From: a virus
Taxonomy: Duplodnaviria; Caudoviricetes
IMG/VR virus record: IMGVR_UViG_3300023256_000008
Span: 1-42,202 of that record
DNA length: 42,202 nucleotides
Direction: 5' to 3' (one strand)
Part shown: positions 19,028 through 29,279 of the stretch, one piece after another
Layout: each line of letters opens with the position of its first letter
Position numbering within the stretch: the first letter of the stretch is position 1
The notes under the pieces: generated by a model
Databases searched by the model: none
What the model saw: the letters and a program-made list of their open reading frames with translations, nothing else
Told to the model about the DNA's origin: nothing
Translations under genes and position numbers: made by a program

Positions 19028-19249
19028 TTACTCAACAATAATTCTTTTTGCCATTTTATAGCCAATTGCAATTTGAGTTTGCCCAATATTAATAGTAATG
19101 GGGCCGCACATCATTTGAGATGAAACTTTTGATATTTCGACACCAACTCTTATTCCCAAAGATTCAATTTTATTAATAAAATGCTGTCCACCAATTATAT
19201 CTTTTATTATTGCGATTTCGCCATTTTTTAATTCTGAAATTTTTCTCAT
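19028..19249 (-). CDS. feoA: FeoA-family protein
   Basis: ISELKNGE..II..LGIRVG..I...GPI.I.IG..IAIG..MA..I.V; start uncertain. Confidence 0.8.
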   Translation of the reverse strand: MRKISELKNGEIAIIKDIIGGQHFINKIESLGIRVGVEISKVSSQMMCGPITINIGQTQIAIGYKMAKRIIVE

Positions 19250-19530
19250 AATTTTATTGTTTAACTTTGTCTCCATATATTGTTTATTAACAATTTTTTT
19301 CAATTATATTATTATAAAGTTTAGATGATTCTATAAGCATATATATTGATGTTTTAATTTGTTCATTATCGATATCTGCTCTTTTGATAAAATCTATTGT
19401 GCTATTCAATAGATTGTTCCATAGTTTAAGTTTAAATTCTACTAATTCTACATTGTATTCTTCCATAATTCCTCCTCATAATTTTATTGTTTAACTTTCC
19501 CTTTAGTTGCTCCAGCTTATTATGGGTAAC

Positions 19531-19899
19531 TTACCACCACAATCCTTCCAATATTTCACCAAATAACTTTAATCCCTCATCAACTATGATTCTTTCTTTG
19601 TCTGTGAAAATTCTAATCCCTTCATTTCTTGATAAAAGTTTAAATGATTCAATAACTTTTTCACAATTAATGGTAAATTCTTTTTCATCAAGACAATCTT
19701 TAGTAATTTCTACATACCTTTCAAGTCTTGGGATTGCAAAATTAATGATAGTGTCGCCAACTGACCAAGTTTCTGAATCATCAAATCCTCTTTTTATTCT
19801 TTGCTTAGAATATTCTTTTTCTCTATCATCATTTTTTTTTGTCAATGAAAAACATATATTCGGAACACCCAAATATTTTATGTCTAATTTTTTATTCAT
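19531..19899 (-). CDS. Phage hypothetical protein
   Basis: RGFDDSETW...IPRL...GLKLF...LWW. Confidence 0.7.
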   Translation of the reverse strand: MNKKLDIKYLGVPNICFSLTKKNDDREKEYSKQRIKRGFDDSETWSVGDTIINFAIPRLERYVEITKDCLDEKEFTINCEKVIESFKLLSRNEGIRIFTDKERIIVDEGLKLFGEILEGLWW

Positions 19900-20307
19900 A
19901 GTTTATTCCTTTTTGTCATAAGTTCCTAATATTTTTTGTGTAGATTCTATTAATTTTGCTGTATTATAATGATGATTTTCAAGATACCTAATTGCATCAT
20001 CTAATACATTAATAAAATCTTGAAGTTTCCCCCCCGTTATCTGTGTCATATCAACTTTAGTTTCAACCCAATCATCAGGCAGTACACTATCAATAGGTTC
20101 TCTTATTTTTTTTCATTCACCAAATCATCATACATTTTTGATAATGATTCTGGATAAAATGGACAATCTGGATGATGTTTAATCTCTCCACCCGTATAAG
20201 CTCTACATCCTGCTACACATTTTTCTTGCATCTCTTCCTCCTTTCGCTACACATAACATAGCTGTCGCGCTACGCTTTGCATCACACACGTGCTCATTAT
20301 GCGTAAC

Positions 20308-20898
20308 TTAACTTTGTTGTAAGCTTTCTTTTAGTTGTTTGACCCATTTATTTCTTTCCACTACCCGCTCTATTTCTTCACGGTTACTTTTTGTATAATA
20401 ACTTACATCCCACAAAATACTCTTCAATTTTTTATTAGCCCATTCTTCGGCATTTGATATTGTTGGATATTTTGGTTCATAACAATCAAAATCTATAGAT
20501 TCATTAATTTGTTTTATCATAAAACTTTTTAATTCTTTGTGATCAAATGTTGGTTGTTGCCATTCTCTAACTTTTTCAAGCATTTTGTTATATTTTGATT
20601 TTTGAGATTCATTTTCTTTTATTTCTTCTTCATATCTTTTAATAGCAGAAGAAAACTCATCTTTCGCTTTTTGTTCCCAATCTGATTTTGAAAGTTTTTT
20701 AAATTCAATTAGTTCTTTTTCTGCCTTAGCTAATTCTTTACTGAAATAATCAGATGGTTCAAAAATTGGAATTTCTTTATCTTTCGGATCATCCCTCATT
20801 GTAATACAAGCACCAAAAGCTCTGGCGCAATCCATCACAAAATCTTTAAAACTAATCCCTTCTTCACTTATTATTGCTGCTGTGTATCCCGTTGGCAT
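20308..20898 (-). CDS. Phage hypothetical protein
   Basis: MPTGYTA...CARAFGA; AGGAGG RBS. Confidence 0.75.
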   Translation of the reverse strand: MPTGYTAAIISEEGISFKDFVMDCARAFGACITMRDDPKDKEIPIFEPSDYFSKELAKAEKELIEFKKLSKSDWEQKAKDEFSSAIKRYEEEIKENESQKSKYNKMLEKVREWQQPTFDHKELKSFMIKQINESIDFDCYEPKYPTISNAEEWANKKLKSILWDVSYYTKSNREEIERVVERNKWVKQLKESLQQS

Positions 20899-20966
20899 TT
20901 TAGCCTCCTTTTTGTTTTGTTGTTACACATAACACTGCATCATCGCTGTGTGTAGCGTGCTTCTCA

Positions 20967-21167
20967 TTAGGCACAATCCTCTTTTTCGTAATATAGTCTT
21001 GCAACATTATATTTCACTCGCCCTGACGTGTATTTAAATCCCGGGGTAAAATATTCACTTTTATATTTTTCTTTTTGAACAGTCTCTATCTTTAGTGTCT
21101 TGACGTTATTATCCACCTGATATTTTTCCAAATCTTTTGCGTATTCAAAATCTTTAAATGTAATCAT
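20967..21167 (-). CDS. Hypothetical protein
   Basis: AGGAG RBS. Confidence 0.65.
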   Translation of the reverse strand: MITFKDFEYAKDLEKYQVDNNVKTLKIETVQKEKYKSEYFTPGFKYTSGRVKYNVARLYYEKEDCA

Positions 21168-21250
21168 ATTTTCTCCTTATATTTTTCCAAGAACTGCGCA
21201 TAGCACTGTACTCCTGCCTTCGGCATAGCATGCTGACAGTTGCAGACAAC

Positions 21251-21466
21251 TTAACAAAATCTATATCCAGTATAAAGACAATTAGAACAATGTGTTCTTT
21301 TTTGCGGTGGATTACTTGTTAGAATACACATCGGTTCACTATCTAATAATTCTTTGCCACATTTAGGACATTCAATTCCATTTAGTCTTGGTTCATTAGA
21401 ATTTAATGTACTGCGAATTTGCGAAACTTCTGCATTTGATTCGCTTAAACTTTTTAATTTGCTCAT
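21251..21466 (-). CDS. Zinc-ribbon protein
   Basis: CPKCG...CSNC. Confidence 0.65.
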   Translation of the reverse strand: MSKLKSLSESNAEVSQIRSTLNSNEPRLNGIECPKCGKELLDSEPMCILTSNPPQKRTHCSNCLYTGYRFC

Positions 21467-21541
21467 AATTATCTCCTTTATTTTTAAGCGGCCTATAACA
21501 CTATGCCTTCACTGCATTGCGGTTGCACAGCGCACCTACCG

Positions 21542-21775
21542 TTATGTACTAATTGCTTTTATTATGAATCGCTTAATCTTGTTGATAGCCCTCAGTCCGC
21601 AATTAAAATCATCACACTCTTCACCTTCTTCCGGTCTTTTAGCCACCTTATGTTTTCTACAGTAACCCTTTTCAATATATGCACCAGATTTACTGGGATT
21701 AAAGTTATAATAAAAACAAAAATCACAAACCTCAATATCGATACAATTTTTACATTTTTTCATCTTTTTCTCCAT
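21542..21775 (-). CDS. Cys-rich hypothetical protein
   Basis: CKNC, CDFC. Confidence 0.6.
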   Translation of the reverse strand: MEKKMKKCKNCIDIEVCDFCFYYNFNPSKSGAYIEKGYCRKHKVAKRPEEGEECDDFNCGLRAINKIKRFIIKAIST

Positions 21776-21877
21776 TTTTATTTAGCACAAACTGCCACTA
21801 ACAAGTTGCTTAGTGCTGGCCTTTGTAGTGTTTTGGCACGTTGACTCTTCGAGTCTTTTGCATCGCACACCTCTTCA

Positions 21878-22828
21878 TTATATACACACTATATTCTTTA
21901 ATATATGAGCAATAACATCAACTGTCCATCCATTTCCAATACATTTGTATCTATTTGTTTCACCAATTAAAGATGTATATTTGTCTGGTATTGTTTGCAG
22001 TCTTTCAGTTTCAGTTGGCGTTAGCCTTCTTATGTTATTTTTATTAAAATCTTTCCCATCTTCTAGATAATATAATCCACTTTTGCCGCCAAGCCCACCC
22101 GAATTTGCATTTATTGTGCAAGATTTTCCATTAATAGAATACACTCTGTTTCCTTGCGAAAAACTTCTTGACGTATCCCTATCATTATCTATCCATTTTT
22201 TCTTACTTATAATTCCACAAACATATTTTAATCCACGTTTTGAATTATGTTTGCTTTTTTTGGGGACATAAATATAATCTTTTTTAAGAAAATATTTATC
22301 ACCAACATCATGGGAGATTATATCTTTCACTAAGATATTAGCATCTTTAGGCTGTTTGATGTTTTTTATATTTGTCCAATAAATCCGATCTCTACTTTGT
22401 GCAGACAATAGATTTGAATTTATTGTTATCGGTTGTGCATTAAAATAACTGCAAATAATTTCCTTATTTTCTTTTGTCATACTACCTACATTTTCAAATA
22501 AATAATAGGTTGGTTTTGTATATTGCATGGCTTTGATAAATTCAAAAAATAGTTTAGATTTTTCGCCACTTAGTCCTTCATTTTTCGTATTGCATCTTGA
22601 CAAATCTTGACAAGGTGAGCCTCCAATCAATAAATCTATTCTTGGTAGCTCTGAAAAATCAGCACCCACAACATTTCCCATTTGTATTGTTTTTGGATAA
22701 TGATGGTTTGTTATGGAAATTGCATTCTTATCTATCTCGTAAGCAAAATAATTGTCCACAACAATCCCTGCCCTTTCCAATGCAATTTGCCCGCAACTTA
22801 TCCCGTCAAATAAACTTAATACATTCAT
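21878..22828 (-). CDS. DNA cytosine-5 methyltransferase
   Basis: SLFDGI, GGSPCQ, ENV, QSRDR, RRLT, GNGW. Confidence 0.92.
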   Translation of the reverse strand: MNVLSLFDGISCGQIALERAGIVVDNYFAYEIDKNAISITNHHYPKTIQMGNVVGADFSELPRIDLLIGGSPCQDLSRCNTKNEGLSGEKSKLFFEFIKAMQYTKPTYYLFENVGSMTKENKEIICSYFNAQPITINSNLLSAQSRDRIYWTNIKNIKQPKDANILVKDIISHDVGDKYFLKKDYIYVPKKSKHNSKRGLKYVCGIISKKKWIDNDRDTSRSFSQGNRVYSINGKSCTINANSGGLGGKSGLYYLEDGKDFNKNNIRRLTPTETERLQTIPDKYTSLIGETNRYKCIGNGWTVDVIAHILKNIVCI

Positions 22829-22944
22829 TTATATACCTCCGTGTATACATAGTTACACGCTTTCCCATTATGTGAAATTTATTTTTCATTCCTTCATAAC
22901 AGCCAATCCACGCTTTGTATGGCATGCTGGCAGTTATAAGCAAC

Positions 22945-23262
22945 TTATTTTCTCTGTTGTTTTTGGTAATATATACCCTCCATAAATGCAGAATGACAAA
23001 TTTGTTTATAAGATAATTGTCCACAATGAAATCTGGCTTGTTCATTTTTGAACCATTCGCTAAAATATGTGTCTTTTTCGGAAATTTCATCTACATCTAA
23101 GTCTTTAATTTGTTCTAAATTACCAATCTCATCTCTTGCATTTAATTCATTTGATTTTTGGTTAGCTTCTTCTTCTGAATATCCACCTTCTGCAAAGTTT
23201 TTCTCTTCATTAAGTATAACCCAATATCCGCAAACTTCTGAATATTCTGCCCTATATTTCAT
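22945..23262 (-). CDS. Hypothetical protein
   Basis: Start moved to ATG after GGAGG. Confidence 0.6.
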   Translation of the reverse strand: MKYRAEYSEVCGYWVILNEEKNFAEGGYSEEEANQKSNELNARDEIGNLEQIKDLDVDEISEKDTYFSEWFKNEQARFHCGQLSYKQICHSAFMEGIYYQKQQRK

Positions 23263-23314
23263 CTTTTCCTCCATTTTTATTTGACGCAAACTATCACTAA
23301 CAGCCATATCTGTA

Positions 23315-23509
23315 CTATTTTTCAATTATTAGCTCTTGTCCACATTGACTGCATTTGAATCTAACTATTTCAACCATCCCGTTCCAACCATTTAATTCTT
23401 CAAACCCAGTATAACAAGATGGGCAACTATAGTGTGCTTCAATTCGATAAGTTGGTACTTTGATAAATCTAATTTTAACCTTTTTGGCTCTTTTTGTTGG
23501 CTTACTCAT
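23315..23509 (-). CDS. Zinc-ribbon protein
   Basis: CPSC...CSQCG. Confidence 0.65.
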   Translation of the reverse strand: MSKPTKRAKKVKIRFIKVPTYRIEAHYSCPSCYTGFEELNGWNGMVEIVRFKCSQCGQELIIEK

Positions 23510-23567
23510 ACAAATTCTCCTTATTTCTATAATAATACTCTATTAATTATCATAATTTAATTACTAT

Positions 23568-24398
23568 TTAGAAATTACAATACATCACTTCTACTTTATT
23601 GTTAGATTCGGCTGATCTATTAGGTGATATACTTCGCATATTTCGTATATTAATTTTTCGCCAGCCATCTAATATTTCATCGTTCAATTTGTGATCAGTA
23701 TTTGTATATAATACACGTCCTTTAATATTTTTGACCACATTAAGAAACTTTATAGTTTTTTCTTCTGAAAAAGATTGTTTATACCCGACTACATTCCTTT
23801 CGAAATAAGGTGGGTCTATAAACCAAGTTGTCCCTGGGGAGCTTATTATTTGATTCGGTATATCAAAAAAATCTAGATATATAATTTTCGCTTTATTGAG
23901 ACTATGTTGTAAATCTAATAACATAGTTTCTGTTAAATAAATATCGCCGCATCTGTTACCGTAAGATTGATTGAATCCATTAGGGCCGAATCTTATCATG
24001 GAGTTGATACAACTACGCATTAGATAAAATAGACCAATAGACTCCTCCTTGGTACCTGTATTAAAATACTTTTTATTATACACATCATTCCTGAAACTAT
24101 AATATGCTTCTTTGCTCTTACTGATATCACCATACCTACATACTTCATTATCATAGAACTTCTGAATGTCTTTAAAACTAATAGTGGCGAAGTCATTTAA
24201 TAATTTAATAATTGGTTTATTAATATCGAATCCATAACATTTCTTAAATTCATACCCAAGATTGACCAATACTGTACCGCTTCCTAGAAACGGCTCCACA
24301 AACAGATTATTCTTATCGCATTTATCTAATTCTGCCTTTATTAGGTCTAGATATTTAAATTTGTTTCCTACATACTTTAGAAACTTAAGTTTTTTCAT
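23568..24398 (-). CDS. DNA adenine methyltransferase, Dam/D12 class
   Basis: KYVGNK, EPFLGSG, DPPY. Confidence 0.9.
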   Translation of the reverse strand: MKKLKFLKYVGNKFKYLDLIKAELDKCDKNNLFVEPFLGSGTVLVNLGYEFKKCYGFDINKPIIKLLNDFATISFKDIQKFYDNEVCRYGDISKSKEAYYSFRNDVYNKKYFNTGTKEESIGLFYLMRSCINSMIRFGPNGFNQSYGNRCGDIYLTETMLLDLQHSLNKAKIIYLDFFDIPNQIISSPGTTWFIDPPYFERNVVGYKQSFSEEKTIKFLNVVKNIKGRVLYTNTDHKLNDEILDGWRKINIRNMRSISPNRSAESNNKVEVMYCNF

Positions 24399-24500
24399 TT
24401 TTTCTCCTTATAACAGCCTATTTATGCTATGCTTCGCTTGCATGGTATACTGGCAGTTGTATGCAATTAAAAAAGACATACAACAATAAATATAAGTAAT

Positions 24501-24597
24501 GTGAGCGGCTAGAATCAAACTAGCTCAAGGGTCTTAATCTATGACTTTACGCCCGAAATAAAGTCTATTTAGCGTCTACTCAATCCGCCACACCCAC
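24501..24597 (-). ncRNA. tRNA-like RNA with elongated anticodon arm, no CCA
   Basis: GTGGGTG/CGCTCAC, Leu-type D-arm, T-arm GCTAG-TTTGATT-CTAGC. Confidence 0.55.
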
Positions 24598-24616
24598 ATA
24601 CTCATATTATATCTAG

Positions 24617-24796
24617 TTATGTGCCATTAATTCCATTCCTAAAATTATTAATATATATCTCATAATCTTTACGTTTCTGTTTACTTTCTTTTGTTTCTAT
24701 TAAGCCGATAAAAGGTATGTCTTTGAATTTTCTACAAGGTGGTGGTTTAGGTGGTGATGGGTATTTAGATAAATCTAAAATAGAATTCTTTTTCAT
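24617..24796 (-). CDS. Small Pro-rich protein (59 aa)
   Basis: MKKNSILDLSKYPSPPKPPPC...; stop lies in an attC-like box. Confidence 0.55.
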   Translation of the reverse strand: MKKNSILDLSKYPSPPKPPPCRKFKDIPFIGLIETKESKQKRKDYEIYINNFRNGINGT

Positions 24797-24848
24797 TTTA
24801 CTTCCCCTTCATAACGGCCCATCTATGCCTTACATAGCATACTGGCGG

Positions 24849-25031
24849 TTATGCGTTATATCTGCCAATTACTTCGCCTTCAAAATAATCTTTTTCTCTA
24901 TGCCATCCATTTTTTGTTTTTTGAACATGTGTAAACCATTTAGAAATGCCATCTGTACAAGATATTTTATCGTGTTCTTTAACGATTTGTCCGGCTTTAT
25001 TTATTCCCCATATATTCATTCCGTCCTCCAA
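24849..25031 (-). CDS. Small hypothetical protein
   Basis: ORF between attC-like sites. Confidence 0.55.
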   Translation of the reverse strand: MEDGMNIWGINKAGQIVKEHDKISCTDGISKWFTHVQKTKNGWHREKDYFEGEVIGRYNA

Positions 25032-25127
25032 GTCTTTTTTGTTTTGTCGTTACACATAACATAATTGTCAGCGTTAGTTTTTACATGTGCTTTGGCTTTG
25101 ATTATTCTGATCACGTCGCACACTCTC

Positions 25128-25787
25128 TCATTGTACACAAGCCTCACTTGCTTCTATTATCTCTTTACATAATTCTGATGGTATTTTTGACCTCTCATAA
25201 TTGTTCTTCCGCCCCTGAGTTCCAGTTTTAGTACCTCTTCTTGCCGATTCGTGATGGCAATGCTTGTTTATGATATTTCCATCAGCGTCATATTTGTAGT
25301 TATGACACATTGGTCTGGGAATCCACTTCTCATTATTCGTCCACCAATCTGTCGGCTTCATTCTGGAATCTCCGTATTTACAATAGCACACGGTATTTCT
25401 TGGAATTCCCTGCATAAACTTCATTTTTCTTAGCATCCCTCTCGGATTTTCGATATAAAACTTGAAATTTTGGTTTACTTTTAGGATGTCGGCAAATAAT
25501 TTTAGCATGTTTTCGGCCATCCTGTCGCTCTTTTTGGCAAACTCAGATATTGGTATTTGCCCATTTCTATGATGCGATATTGCCGCAATGGAATATGACA
25601 TACACGGTAATGATGCCTGGCAAACATCTGGGATAAATGGAAGATCATTGATGGTTATATGCTCACAATCCATTACAATGTCAATTCCTTCAAATGGTTC
25701 TATATCAACAGAGCAACAAATATGCCCTCGCTTTTCTGCTTCCTTCTCAAATGACCTACTACCTGCAAAAAGTACAATTATTTTCAT
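25128..25787 (-). CDS. Short cytosine-5 methyltransferase-like protein
   Basis: LFAGS, ASLPC, IENP, YCKYG..RMKPT. Confidence 0.75.
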   Translation of the reverse strand: MKIIVLFAGSRSFEKEAEKRGHICCSVDIEPFEGIDIVMDCEHITINDLPFIPDVCQASLPCMSYSIAAISHHRNGQIPISEFAKKSDRMAENMLKLFADILKVNQNFKFYIENPRGMLRKMKFMQGIPRNTVCYCKYGDSRMKPTDWWTNNEKWIPRPMCHNYKYDADGNIINKHCHHESARRGTKTGTQGRKNNYERSKIPSELCKEIIEASEACVQ

Positions 25788-25869
25788 TCGTTCTCCTTAT
25801 GTATAACACTATATATACTTTACGCTTCGCTTGCATAGCATACCTCACATTAGTGATAATTATCTGTTT

Positions 25870-26055
25870 CTAACTCCCGTATATTCTGTTGCTTTTCCTT
25901 TTTCCACAAGCAACGCAAAACGCCAGACACTTTTCAAGTCTATACTTGATATTGACCCTACTTCTCTCCAATGGCATAATCCTCATAAAGCTATCCTTTC
26001 GAGAATTGTTTGCTCTGGTTATATCATGCCTTACTGCTCTATATGTTTTTTCCAT
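25870..26055 (-). CDS. Hypothetical protein
   Basis: AAGGA RBS. Confidence 0.5.
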   Translation of the reverse strand: MEKTYRAVRHDITRANNSRKDSFMRIMPLERSRVNIKYRLEKCLAFCVACGKRKSNRIYGS

Positions 26056-26065
26056 ATTTCTTTCC

Positions 26066-26248
26066 TTAATTTTTTTGCCACAGCCAACTTACAGAATGTT
26101 CCATTTGTATTTGTTCGTATCCATTTTCAATGTAGTATCGTTTAGTTGTTGAGCCTTGATAAATTGCCGTTGTAAATATTATACATAGTGCAATTATAAT
26201 AAAAATCATTATTACCGCTGTTGGATTATTTTTTAAAAATTCTCTCAT
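26066..26248 (-). CDS. Small membrane protein
   Basis: One hydrophobic segment, AGGAG RBS. Confidence 0.6.
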   Translation of the reverse strand: MREFLKNNPTAVIMIFIIIALCIIFTTAIYQGSTTKRYYIENGYEQIQMEHSVSWLWQKN

Positions 26249-26454
26249 CTTATCTCCTTTGTTTTTTTAATTATTGGCTTCCACTCTATCCTGTACCATT
26301 TACACCATTCATCACATTCGTATATTCTTCGTTTTACATATTTTATTTCACGAGATTTGATATATTCAATAGCATCTTTTTTGAACTGAAATATTTTATC
26401 CAAATATCCATCGTGACCATAATCTCCGTGCATTAGTAGATAAACCTTATTCAT
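26245..26454 (-). CDS. Hypothetical protein
   Basis: AGGAGG RBS; ATGA overlap with next gene. Confidence 0.65.
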   Translation of the reverse strand: MNKVYLLMHGDYGHDGYLDKIFQFKKDAIEYIKSREIKYVKRRIYECDEWCKWYRIEWKPIIKKTKEIR

Positions 26455-26538
26455 CTTTTCCTCCTATTTTTTCGGTCTGCTATACTAAAAATGAAATATA
26501 ACAAGCCACTCTGTGCAATCGTACCGCAGTTCCACACA

Positions 26539-26769
26539 TTATGCGTAATTTTTTATTCTTTCAAAATATGCTTTTGGGTCATACTCTTCTTCTGGTTGCA
26601 ACCATGTTAATGAATGACTTTCATCATCTTTAAACTTTTCTTCCATATCTCTAATACTGCCACTATAATACCCATCAATCCAACTATAATTGTATATTGT
26701 GTAGAAAAAATAAGTTTTGCCTGTATCTAATGGCTTTTGTTCTTTAAAATCTATTTCTTTGTAAAACAT
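26539..26769 (-). CDS. Hypothetical protein
   Basis: AGGAG RBS. Confidence 0.65.
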   Translation of the reverse strand: MFYKEIDFKEQKPLDTGKTYFFYTIYNYSWIDGYYSGSIRDMEEKFKDDESHSLTWLQPEEEYDPKAYFERIKNYA

Positions 26770-26842
26770 AATCTCTCCTTAAAAACTATGCATAGCAAGC
26801 ATATATTCGTTTTGTTCCTCACGTACCATTATATAAAAAAAA

Positions 26843-27730
26843 CTAAAATAAATTTGAATATTCTGCTTTAACTTTTGCAAATGTAAAATGTTGCAATGTT
26901 TTAAAGTTGATTACTGGATTCTTTTGTTTTTTGATTATTTGCCAAATTTCTTCTATAACAAAATCATGATAAACTGTATGTAATAATCTTGGAATATCTT
27001 TTGATCTGAATCCACCATCTTGCTCAATCTTAGCATACACTTTATCTATCATTGCTTTTGTAAGAAAAGAGTTAACCGCTTCTTCTTCTGGTATCTTAGT
27101 TCCATTTTGAAGTGGTGCGCCCATTGCTTTATGATGTTTTTCTTTGAATTCTGATCCAACAATTTTGGCCCATGTTGTTCTTCCATATTTATTTACATAA
27201 TCATATCTTTTTATAACAATTCCTTCACCAAAGCCTTTTCCATTTTCAATTAGATATTCATTCGCATCTAATAATTTTACAAACTGTTCATACGTTCCAT
27301 TCTTTAGAATTCTTATTGGTGGAATATATTCAACTCCAAAATCTTCAAGATACGATTGGTACTCATCATAATGTAAATAAGATTTATCAACCATCACATC
27401 AAAAACATAGAATTTTTTCCACGCATTTTTACGGTAAGTTTTTAAAGAATGAGGAACAAGCCATTCTCCAAAAAGTCTATGATTCGGAAATTTATTAAGA
27501 TAATTTAAGATATTTTTATCATGTATGATATCAGTGCAAAAACCAGCATTATCTTGTTCGATAGATAATTCTCTTCTTCTACTACCTGCACACAATTCGC
27601 CTTCGCACATCCATACGCTTGCATTTGTTCCGTCAATTTTTGGAAAAACATAACATTCTCCGAATTCGATTCCTTCAACTTCGGATGTGCCAAATCTTTC
27701 AATGTGTTGGTATTTTACAAAATCCATCAT
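26843..27730 (-). CDS. RNA ligase family protein (Rnl2-like)
   Basis: PKIDGTNAS, FGEWL, VFDV, EGIVIK, WAKIV. Confidence 0.85.
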   Translation of the reverse strand: MMDFVKYQHIERFGTSEVEGIEFGECYVFPKIDGTNASVWMCEGELCAGSRRRELSIEQDNAGFCTDIIHDKNILNYLNKFPNHRLFGEWLVPHSLKTYRKNAWKKFYVFDVMVDKSYLHYDEYQSYLEDFGVEYIPPIRILKNGTYEQFVKLLDANEYLIENGKGFGEGIVIKRYDYVNKYGRTTWAKIVGSEFKEKHHKAMGAPLQNGTKIPEEEAVNSFLTKAMIDKVYAKIEQDGGFRSKDIPRLLHTVYHDFVIEEIWQIIKKQKNPVINFKTLQHFTFAKVKAEYSNLF

Positions 27731-27898
27731 TTCTCCTGTTTTAGTTTAATCATATAACAAACATGTATTCGTTTCGCCTTGCTCAGTCATCATATTTTCT
27801 TTCGCTTTTATTTTTAACTTCATTTACTACTTTATATATATTGATGAAACTGTCAAACAATTTCTTTTCTTATCACATTTTTTCATATTTCATCATTA

Positions 27899-28141
27899 TT
27901 AAAAATCTTTTGCCTTTTTGTCTTGGGCGACCGCCTCAAACTCACTAATGGCAGACATATTCCGAGTGCAACCTGTTTCGTGAATATCACTTTCAAAAGC
28001 AACACGAATTGGATTTACTGTTCCAGTTATTGCAGAGACATAATTATAATGTATTTCTGTAACATTATTTAATGTTTCTATGATATTGCCCATATGAGAA
28101 TTTTCATTATAAGTAATTGTTACTTGCATTCCGTAATTCAT
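27899..28141 (-). CDS. Hypothetical protein
   Basis: AGGAG RBS. Confidence 0.65.
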   Translation of the reverse strand: MNYGMQVTITYNENSHMGNIIETLNNVTEIHYNYVSAITGTVNPIRVAFESDIHETGCTRNMSAISEFEAVAQDKKAKDF

Positions 28142-28149
28142 AATTTCTC

Positions 28150-28455
28150 CTATAATTCTTTTATATTTATAAATTTTGGCTCTTCTGGATATTGATTTTC
28201 AATTATTCTTTTTAATTTCACATATCCTTCATCTCTTTCGATATGAACGACTGCCGCTTTTGCCGCTTCATCGCCCCACATTTCACGCACTTTTTTAACG
28301 CCTTCGTCGTGGTGTCTGAAACGTCTATGGTTAATATTTAACATATTGCTTTCTGCTGGAAATGCTAACTCGTCCAACCATTTGTGAACATAATCAAATG
28401 TTTCTCCAAAGATTGCCATGCAATCTTCATTGTGTTCCTTTCTATTCGCCATCAT
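28150..28455 (-). CDS. His-rich hypothetical protein
   Basis: VHKWLDE...HRRFRHH...HIERD. Confidence 0.65.
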   Translation of the reverse strand: MMANRKEHNEDCMAIFGETFDYVHKWLDELAFPAESNMLNINHRRFRHHDEGVKKVREMWGDEAAKAAVVHIERDEGYVKLKRIIENQYPEEPKFINIKEL

Positions 28456-28470
28456 TTCTCCTATAATTTT

Positions 28471-28677
28471 TTATTCGTATACTGGGTAAACGCACCACGT
28501 TAACCCATTTAATAATTTTATAATGTTCTTTGCATACCATGGAGCTTTTATTCCATTTTCATACGCAATGTGTTTGATAATACTTCTACATGATTTTCCG
28601 GCATAAAACTTATCGGTGTCAGAAATTGGGTTACAATTTTTGTCCGCTTTCCAAGCATGATATTTTATAATTTTCAT
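28471..28677 (-). CDS. Hypothetical protein
   Basis: First gene after a promoter module. Confidence 0.6.
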   Translation of the reverse strand: MKIIKYHAWKADKNCNPISDTDKFYAGKSCRSIIKHIAYENGIKAPWYAKNIIKLLNGLTWCVYPVYE

Positions 28678-28817
28678 AACGTCTCCCTTGTTTTTTTTAT
28701 CTCTTTCACTCTCTCACTTACATTACTATAGTATTCTTGTTGGTGGTTTTGTCAAGTTTATTTTTTATGCACTGCCCCAGTGCATGTTTTTTATTCATGC
28801 ACTAAAAATTAAAAAAA

Positions 28818-28895
28818 TGGTGCTCCTGAAAAGAATCGAACTTTTACTTCCTGATTACGAAACAGGCGTGCTAATTCCGTTAACACTACAGGAGC
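28818..28895 (-). tRNA. tRNA-Thr(CGT)
   Basis: Cloverleaf, loop TTCGTAA, CCA. Confidence 0.85.
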
Positions 28896-28897
28896 AT

Positions 28898-28977
28898 AAA
28901 AAAATGAGTGTAAATAATTAGATTACTTACACTCATTAAAAAAATATGAGTAAATAATTAGATTACTTACTCATATT
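28898..28977 (-). terminator. Two tandem hairpins with the same loop, each followed by a U run
   Basis: aatgagtgtaa/ttacactcatt and aatatgagtaa/ttactcatatt. Confidence 0.55.
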
Positions 28978-28981
28978 GGAA

Positions 28982-29083
28982 CAGGATACTTGCTAATACC
29001 TTGCAGGGCGTTTTCTGCTCAAACTTTCGAAGGGCAGAATAGGGCTCGAACCTATAATTTTTTAATTTGCTGGCTGTATCCTT
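28982..29083 (-). ncRNA. Y-RNA-like RNA (CAGCAAA family) with T-arm
   Basis: AGGATAC/GTATCCT closing stem, CAGCAAA, ATAGG-TTCGAGC-CCTAT. Confidence 0.5.
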
Positions 29084-29279
29084 AATTATGTATTATCTTA
29101 ATATCTATTTTTAAGTTTTTTTGTTTGGCCATCATCAATAAAAATAATCTTTACTGCTTTACATATTTAGTTTCAACTTATTGAACTGGCTCTAAAGTTC
29201 CATATTGTAATTTTATCAATTGGTAAATTGCTTTTATTTTTCTGTAAATCACTACGCTTCAATTCTCTAACGTTTGTCA

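Larger units (their letters stand above)
20251..27758 (-). repeat. Array of about 12 degenerate attC-like intergenic elements
   Basis: 45-90 bp GC-richer imperfect palindromes bounded by YAAC/YAAT...GTTA boxes, one per gene junction. Confidence 0.55.
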
